DNA from: a virus
Strand: one strand, 5' to 3'
DNA: 64,000 bases
IMG/VR virus record: IMGVR_UViG_3300047557_001530
Span: 1 to 64,000 of that record
Each line of letters begins with the position of its first letter. Within the stretch, counting starts at the first letter, position 1. The notes under the pieces are model-generated. The model was not told the DNA's origin. It did no database searches and saw nothing but the letters and a program-made list of their open reading frames with translations. Positions 58,195 to 64,000 of this stretch are shown here, in pieces. The translations under genes were made by a program, and so were the position numbers.

Positions 58195-59833
58195 TGATCA
58201 GATTTATTTGGGCAACCCGCTGCTAAAAAAAGCGAACGTTGCCCACAATTGGACAAAGGATGAAATTAAAGAATATATTAAGTGTAAGGAAGATCCTGTA
58301 TACTTTGCGGTAAACTACGTCAAAATTGTTTCGGTTGACGAAGGTTTGATTCCTTTCAGAATGTATGACTTCCAGAAAGAATTAGTTAATCGATTCCACA
58401 ACAATAGATTTAATATTGCCAAGCTTCCAAGACAGACAGGGAAATCAACCGTTGTGGTTTCCTATCTGCTTCACTATGCTTTGTTCAATGATAGTTCTAA
58501 TATTGGTATTCTAGCAAACAAAGCGTCTACTGCTAGAGACCTATTGGGAAGATTGCAGACAGCATACGAGAATCTTCCTAAGTGGTTGCAACAGGGTGTT
58601 ATCTCCTGGAACAAAGGTTCTATGGAACTAGAGAATGGTTCCAAGATCATGGCGGCGTCAACCTCAGCATCTGCCGTCCGAGGAATGTCATTCAACATTA
58701 TCTTCTTGGACGAATTTGCGTTCGTTCCAAATCACATTGCTGACGACTTCTTCTCGTCTGTATATCCTACCATTTCATCTGGTAAGAGCACGAAGGTTAT
58801 CATCATCTCTACCCCGTATGGTATGAACCACTTCTACAAGTTGTGGGTAGATGCTCAAAACAAACGAAACAATTATATTTGGACAGAGGTTCACTGGTCT
58901 GAAGTTCCTGGTCGTGATGCTAAGTGGAAAGAAGAAACAATCAAGAACACTTCAGAACGTCAATTCACTCAGGAATTTGAGTGCGAATTCTTAGGATCGG
59001 TTGACACTCTTATTTCTGCATCTAAACTTAGATCACTTGTTTTTGATACTCCAATCAGTTCAAACAAAGGTTTAGATGTTTATGAAAAACCAAACGAAAA
59101 ATCAGAATACATTATTACTGCCGACGTTAGTAGAGGTATAGGCGGTGATTATTCAGCGTTTATTGTTTTCGATATCACAACTGTTCCTTATAAGATCGTA
59201 GCAAAATATAGGAACAACGAGATCAAACCGATGCTTTTCCCCAACGTTATTAATGACGTTGCTAGGGCATACAATAATGCTTATGTATTGTGTGAAGTGA
59301 ACGACGTTGGTGATCAGGTAGCATCTATTCTTAACTACGATCTAGAGTATCCGAACGTATTGATGTGTTCTATGCGAGGTAGGGCAGGTCAAATTGTTGG
59401 ACAAGGATTCTCTGGAAATAAAACTCAGCTTGGATTGAAGATGTCCATTACTGTGAAGAAGGTTGGATGTGCCAATTTAAAACAGATGATCGAGGACGAC
59501 AAGCTGTTGTTTAGAGATTACGAAATCATCTCTGAGCTTACCACATTTATTCAGAAAAAGCAATCTTTTGAGGCTGATGATGGATTTCATGATGACCTTG
59601 TAATGTGTCTCGTTATCTTTGCCTGGCTTGCTGTTCAGGATTACTTTAAGGAAATGACGGACAATGATGTTCGTAAAAGAATCTACGAAGAGCAGAAAAA
59701 TCAAATCGAACAAGACATGGCTCCATTTGGTTTTATCACAACAGGGTTAGAGGGTGATGAAGGTTTTGTTGAAGATGGAGTTCTTTGGTATGGGGATACA
59801 CAAGAAGACATATCATATATGTGGAACCTTTAA
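58187..59833 (+). CDS. gp17: Terminase large subunit gp17
   Basis: Walker A PRQTGKST, Walker B IIFLDEFA, nuclease motifs ADVSRG and HDDLVM. Confidence 0.97.
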   Translation: MSSDQIYLGNPLLKKANVAHNWTKDEIKEYIKCKEDPVYFAVNYVKIVSVDEGLIPFRMYDFQKELVNRFHNNRFNIAKLPRQTGKSTVVVSYLLHYALFNDSSNIGILANKASTARDLLGRLQTAYENLPKWLQQGVISWNKGSMELENGSKIMAASTSASAVRGMSFNIIFLDEFAFVPNHIADDFFSSVYPTISSGKSTKVIIISTPYGMNHFYKLWVDAQNKRNNYIWTEVHWSEVPGRDAKWKEETIKNTSERQFTQEFECEFLGSVDTLISASKLRSLVFDTPISSNKGLDVYEKPNEKSEYIITADVSRGIGGDYSAFIVFDITTVPYKIVAKYRNNEIKPMLFPNVINDVARAYNNAYVLCEVNDVGDQVASILNYDLEYPNVLMCSMRGRAGQIVGQGFSGNKTQLGLKMSITVKKVGCANLKQMIEDDKLLFRDYEIISELTTFIQKKQSFEADDGFHDDLVMCLVIFAWLAVQDYFKEMTDNDVRKRIYEEQKNQIEQDMAPFGFITTGLEGDEGFVEDGVLWYGDTQEDISYMWNL

Positions 59834-60063
59834 TGGATATAGAAGATCAATTTTTGCTGGACCATCTTTTGTTTAGAGAAAGACGTTGTAGGTCTTGTGG
59901 AAAAGTAAAGGATCTTTTATCTGAATTTTATTTGACTAGAAAAGATAGAGCAACTGCAGCTTCTGCATATTCATATGAGTGTAAAAGTTGCACAATGCAA
60001 AGAATAAAAAAATCTAGAGGCAAAAAAAATTTGAAATCATTGTGGGAATATCCTGACTGGTAG
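59833..60063 (+). CDS. Small Zn-finger protein between gp17 and gp18
   Basis: CRSC...SYECKSC and WEYPDW end; ATG 59833 overlaps the gp17 stop. Confidence 0.75.
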   Translation: MDIEDQFLLDHLLFRERRCRSCGKVKDLLSEFYLTRKDRATAASAYSYECKSCTMQRIKKSRGKKNLKSLWEYPDW

Positions 60064-60104
60064 ACTGTTCACGCATTGTTTCCCCATTCAAAAGATACGA
60101 AATC

Positions 60105-60111
60105 ATAAATA
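60105..60111 (+). promoter_or_regulatory. T4-type late promoter
   Basis: ATAAATA before gp18. The same heptamer, or CTAAATA, also occurs at 26032, 36342, 39640, 43423, 44678, 45054, 48676, 52229, 55439 and 62807. Confidence 0.75.
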
Positions 60112-60149
60112 ATTTTAGATTTAATCTGGATCACCAAGAGGATATTAAA

Positions 60150-62117
60150 ATGTCAAGTCAAGTCTCTCCTGGAATTGTTCTCAAAGAGCGTGACCTATCT
60201 AATGTTGTGGTAACTAATGCATTGCAAATTACCGCTGCCTTTGCTTCTACATTTAAGAAAGGACCTATCAATCAAATTGTAAACATCAGCACTCAGAAAG
60301 AATTTGTTGATGTTTTTGGAAAGCCATCTGATGCTAATGCAGATGATTGGTTTGTTGCATCAGAATTTTTAAACTACGGTGGTAGACTAGCCGTTGTTCG
60401 TGCATCTTCTGGCGTTCTTAATGCTACTGCTGATGGCTCTGCCGTGCTAGTTAAAAACCAATTAGATTGGGAAGCTGGCACTGGATCATCAGAAAGATTT
60501 GTAGCTCGTACTGCTGGAACCTGGGGCAACTCACTCAAAGTAGTTGTTGTTGACAGAGGTGCTGATCAAATTATTACTTTAGCTGAAGTTCCTGATACTG
60601 TTCCTTCGGCTGGTTCCAATGTCACTTTCAATGTTGGTGCTGGAACCAAAACCGCTGAGGTTGTATCTTGGGATGGCACCACTAAGAAGCTTGTTGTTGT
60701 ATTAGATGATCCTACCACTTTAATTACTACAGCAAACACTCTTGAAGATGGTGCAAGTGATGTTGCTATTACTGCTGTAACTGATTGGTATCTAAACACA
60801 GAAATCGGCACCACTGGTATCGCTCTTTCTGCAGTTGGTCCTCGTCCTGGCACTTCTGAGTTTGCTGCTGCAAGAGGAATCAAGTATGACGAAGTACACG
60901 TTGCAGTAATTGATACGACTGGAGAAATCTCTGGTTCACCTAACACAATTCTAGAAAGACTAACTTATCTTTCAAAATTATCTGATGCAAGAAGTTCTGA
61001 AGGTGCAGTATCTTACTATAAGGATGTAGTTAATCTACAGTCTTCATACATCTATTCGGGAACTGCTCCAACCGCATCAATCAATCCTAGCACAACTGGT
61101 GCAGGTGAAGCTTGGGGTCAAGTATCCACAGCTTTAACTTCTGGTGATCTATTTGCTCTTTGTGCATTATCAGAATCTTCGCTCAGCGGTGGAACTGATG
61201 ACTATGCTTACTCAGAAGCAGAAATTGGTGATGCATACGATCTATTCTTAGATACCGAAGAGGCTTCAATTGACTTCGTACTCATGGGTGGTTCACTCTC
61301 AACTGAGAATGCTACTCTATCGAAGGCAAACAAAGTTATTCAAATTGCAACTTCAAGAAAGGATTGCCTAGCATTTGTTTCTCCTCACAAAGGAAATCAA
61401 ATCGGTACTAGCGGTGCTTACACTGCTACTCAACAAAGAGATAACACGGTTGCATTCTTCCGTGGTTTAACTTCAACTTCTTATGCTGTATTTGATAGCG
61501 GTTATAAGTATTACTACGACCGCTTCAATGATAAGTATCGTTACTTAGCTTGCAACGGAGACGTAGCAGGTTTATGTGTTGCTACTTCAGCATCTCTAGA
61601 TGACTGGTTCTCGCCTGCTGGTGTCAACCGTGGTTCTCTAAGAAATGCTATCAAACTAGCATACAATCCAAACAAAGCTGATAGAGACCTTCTATATCAA
61701 AACAGAATCAATCCTATTGTTTCTTTCCCTGGATCTGGTATTACTCTATTCGGTGACAAAACTGCCCTTGCTTCTCCAAGTGCATTCGACAGAATTAACG
61801 TTCGTCGTTTATTCCTCAATATCGAGAAGCGTGTAGAGCAACTAGCCAAGCAAGTTCTGTTTGAGCAGAACGATGAAGTTACCAGAGCTTCATTTGCTGG
61901 TGCAGTGAATTCATACCTCAACGAAGTTCAAGCTCGTAGAGGTCTTACTGATTACCTTGTGGTATGTGATGTATCAAATAACACTCCAGATGTTATTGAC
62001 AGAAATGAATTTGTAGCTGAACTATTCATTAAACCAACCCGCTCAATTAACTATGTTACCGTAACATTTACTGCAACGAAGACTGGAGTTTCGTTCAGTG
62101 AAGTAGTGGGACGATAA
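60150..62117 (+). CDS. gp18: Tail sheath protein gp18
   Basis: SPG....ERD, WFSPAG.NRG, FDRINVRRLF, IKP.RSIN motifs. Confidence 0.97.
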   Translation: MSSQVSPGIVLKERDLSNVVVTNALQITAAFASTFKKGPINQIVNISTQKEFVDVFGKPSDANADDWFVASEFLNYGGRLAVVRASSGVLNATADGSAVLVKNQLDWEAGTGSSERFVARTAGTWGNSLKVVVVDRGADQIITLAEVPDTVPSAGSNVTFNVGAGTKTAEVVSWDGTTKKLVVVLDDPTTLITTANTLEDGASDVAITAVTDWYLNTEIGTTGIALSAVGPRPGTSEFAAARGIKYDEVHVAVIDTTGEISGSPNTILERLTYLSKLSDARSSEGAVSYYKDVVNLQSSYIYSGTAPTASINPSTTGAGEAWGQVSTALTSGDLFALCALSESSLSGGTDDYAYSEAEIGDAYDLFLDTEEASIDFVLMGGSLSTENATLSKANKVIQIATSRKDCLAFVSPHKGNQIGTSGAYTATQQRDNTVAFFRGLTSTSYAVFDSGYKYYYDRFNDKYRYLACNGDVAGLCVATSASLDDWFSPAGVNRGSLRNAIKLAYNPNKADRDLLYQNRINPIVSFPGSGITLFGDKTALASPSAFDRINVRRLFLNIEKRVEQLAKQVLFEQNDEVTRASFAGAVNSYLNEVQARRGLTDYLVVCDVSNNTPDVIDRNEFVAELFIKPTRSINYVTVTFTATKTGVSFSEVVGR

Positions 62118-62149
62118 TTATATACCAAAAATCATCGAGGTAAACAACA

Positions 62150-62803
62150 ATGGCGTATACAAGTAAACTCAGCGATTTCATTAGTAAGGTAGGACAAGGC
62201 GTAAAGCCTAACATGTTCCTAGTTGATCTTCAGTTTCCATCAGGATCTATCGGTGCTGGTGGAACTGGAACTGGTACTGTAACTGCAGACGAAAAAGAAC
62301 TTACCAATTTAATGTGTAAGTCTGCTGCACTTCCAGCATCAAACCTAGGAGTTATCGAAGTTCCTTTCCGTGGTCGTACAGTAAAAATTGCTGGCGACAG
62401 AACTTTCGATACCTGGAGCCCAACATTCATCAATGATAAGGACTTCAAGGTTCGTGCAATCATGGAGCAGTGGTCAGAAGCGATCAATGGTCATGCTGGT
62501 AACACGGCTGATCTTCTTACTCCTTCTGCTGCAGATGCAAATGGTTACACAGCACACCTTCTAGTTCACCAACTAGAGAAAGCTCCAACTCCAGATGCAA
62601 ATGGCATTGGTGGTAATATTCTCAGAACTTACAAGCTCTGGTATGCATTCCCAACCAATATTTCTCAGATTGATCTTGCTTATGATAGCAATGACCAAAT
62701 TGAAGAGTTCTCAGTTGAGTTCCAGTATTCATACTGGACTACAGAAACTCCAAGCAACGCAAGACAAAACGCATCAAATCGTCAAATTAACGCTGACGTT
62801 TGA
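62150..62803 (+). CDS. gp19: Tail tube protein gp19
   Basis: CKSA.LP, VPFRGR..KIAGDRTF..W, IEEF.VEF.Y.YW motifs. Confidence 0.96.
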   Translation: MAYTSKLSDFISKVGQGVKPNMFLVDLQFPSGSIGAGGTGTGTVTADEKELTNLMCKSAALPASNLGVIEVPFRGRTVKIAGDRTFDTWSPTFINDKDFKVRAIMEQWSEAINGHAGNTADLLTPSAADANGYTAHLLVHQLEKAPTPDANGIGGNILRTYKLWYAFPTNISQIDLAYDSNDQIEEFSVEFQYSYWTTETPSNARQNASNRQINADV

Positions 62804-62837
62804 TAACTAAATAGAGTATCGAATTAAATAATTTAAT

Positions 62838-64000
62838 ATGAGTCAACTGTTTGGTTTTAAAATCAACAAAAAGGAGGGATTGAAAGGTCAGTCCCCAATC
62901 CCTCCTAATCAAGAAGATGCGGTAGCCACTGTAGCAGGTGGCTATTTTGGCACGTATGTTGACGTTGAAGGCATATCAAGAAACGAATACGAACTCATTC
63001 AACGATATCGTAGCATGGCACTTCACCCTGAGTGTGATACTGCTATTGACGAGATCGTGAATGAGTTTGTTGTTTCTGACGCCGACGATGCTCCAGTAGA
63101 AATTGAGTTATCTAATTTAGACTTAGCTGATAATATCAAAGCAAAAATTAGAAAAGAATTTTCTACAATTCTTAGAATGCTTAAGTTTGATAAGCACTGT
63201 CATCAAATTATTCGCAATTGGTACATTGATGGTAGATTACATTACCATAAAGTGGTTGATTTAGATAATCCAAAAAAAGGCATCTTAGAGTTAAGATATA
63301 TTGATGCCTTAAAGATTAAAAAAGTTAGACAAAAATTTCCTAAGACAGAAGCAGATAGACATATTGAAAGAGGATCTGCTTTAGAGTTTGACTGGGGGGA
63401 TTACATTGAGTATTATCTTTACAACCCACAGGGATTTGGTGTAGCAAATGTTCCTACCACAACAGGTTCATTTAACTATGCTAATACACAAGGAATTAAA
63501 ATTGCAGCAGACTCAATTGCTTATTGCGATTCTGGTTTGAAGGATACTAATAAAAAGATGACTATTAGTTTTCTTCATAAAGCAATTAAGTCTCTCAACC
63601 AACTTAGAATGATTGAGGATTCTCTGGTTATCTATAGATTATCAAGAGCACCAGAAAGAAGAATCTTCTATATTGATGTTGGCAATCTCCCTAAAGTAAA
63701 AGCTGAACAATATCTCCGTGACGTAATGACACGTTACAGAAATAAACTTGTTTATGATTCTGCTACTGGAGAAATTCGTGATGATAAAAAGCATATGAGT
63801 ATGCTTGAAGACTTCTGGCTACCTCGTCGTGAAGGTGGTAGAGGAACTGAAATTTCTACACTTCCTGGTGGACAGAATCTAGGAGAACTCAAAGACGTAG
63901 AATATTTCAAAAAGAAACTTTACAATTCACTTAACCTTCCTCCATCAAGATTAACTGACGATAACAAAGCTTTCAATCTTGGCAAGACAACTGAAATTCT
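62838..64000 (+). CDS. gp20: Portal protein gp20 (truncated by the window end; not in ORF track)
   Basis: MSQLFGF..., IYRLSRAPERRIFYIDVGNLPK.KAEQY, EDFWLPRREGGRGTEISTLPGGQNLGE. Confidence 0.96.
   Translation, partial: MSQLFGFKINKKEGLKGQSPIPPNQEDAVATVAGGYFGTYVDVEGISRNEYELIQRYRSMALHPECDTAIDEIVNEFVVSDADDAPVEIELSNLDLADNIKAKIRKEFSTILRMLKFDKHCHQIIRNWYIDGRLHYHKVVDLDNPKKGILELRYIDALKIKKVRQKFPKTEADRHIERGSALEFDWGDYIEYYLYNPQGFGVANVPTTTGSFNYANTQGIKIAADSIAYCDSGLKDTNKKMTISFLHKAIKSLNQLRMIEDSLVIYRLSRAPERRIFYIDVGNLPKVKAEQYLRDVMTRYRNKLVYDSATGEIRDDKKHMSMLEDFWLPRREGGRGTEISTLPGGQNLGELKDVEYFKKKLYNSLNLPPSRLTDDNKAFNLGKTTEI

Noticed and set aside
58187-59833. Intron or intein in the terminase
   Set aside because: Continuous 548-aa ORF of normal length with no splicing motifs.
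1-64000. tRNA or rRNA genes
   Set aside because: No cloverleaf or T-loop signature was seen in the few intergenic gaps; a tRNAscan-SE run would be decisive.

Overview
This window is part of a T4-like cyanophage (cyanomyovirus) genome, and every credible gene is on the + strand. Bases 1-2.7 kb are a GC-rich early region of small genes, each behind a repeated sigma70-type promoter cassette. Bases 2.7-3.2 kb are an AT-rich non-coding repeat and palindrome region that may be a replication origin. The rest is an AT-rich late structural module: PAAR, gp25, gp6, gp7, gp8, a VrlC-like giant protein, an accessory fibre/receptor-binding island (26-52 kb) with a glycosylation/methylation cassette, then gp13-gp17, gp18, gp19 and the start of gp20. 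Three signals stand out. (1) A 1332-aa virion beta-helix protein (26093-30091) carries four nested domains resembling the globin core of phycobiliprotein beta subunits. Each keeps Cys residues at both the beta-82/84 and beta-153/155 bilin-attachment positions, so it is a candidate chromophorylated, possibly light-responsive virion appendage. (2) Six paralogous receptor-binding proteins are built like balanced parentheses, with 2, 3, 4, 1, 1 and 1 opening modules matched by the same number of C-terminal 'TRAAD' closing strands. (3) A canonically spaced NtcA-type promoter sits just upstream of the terminase large-subunit locus. All family assignments come from motif recognition by eye; no searches were run.
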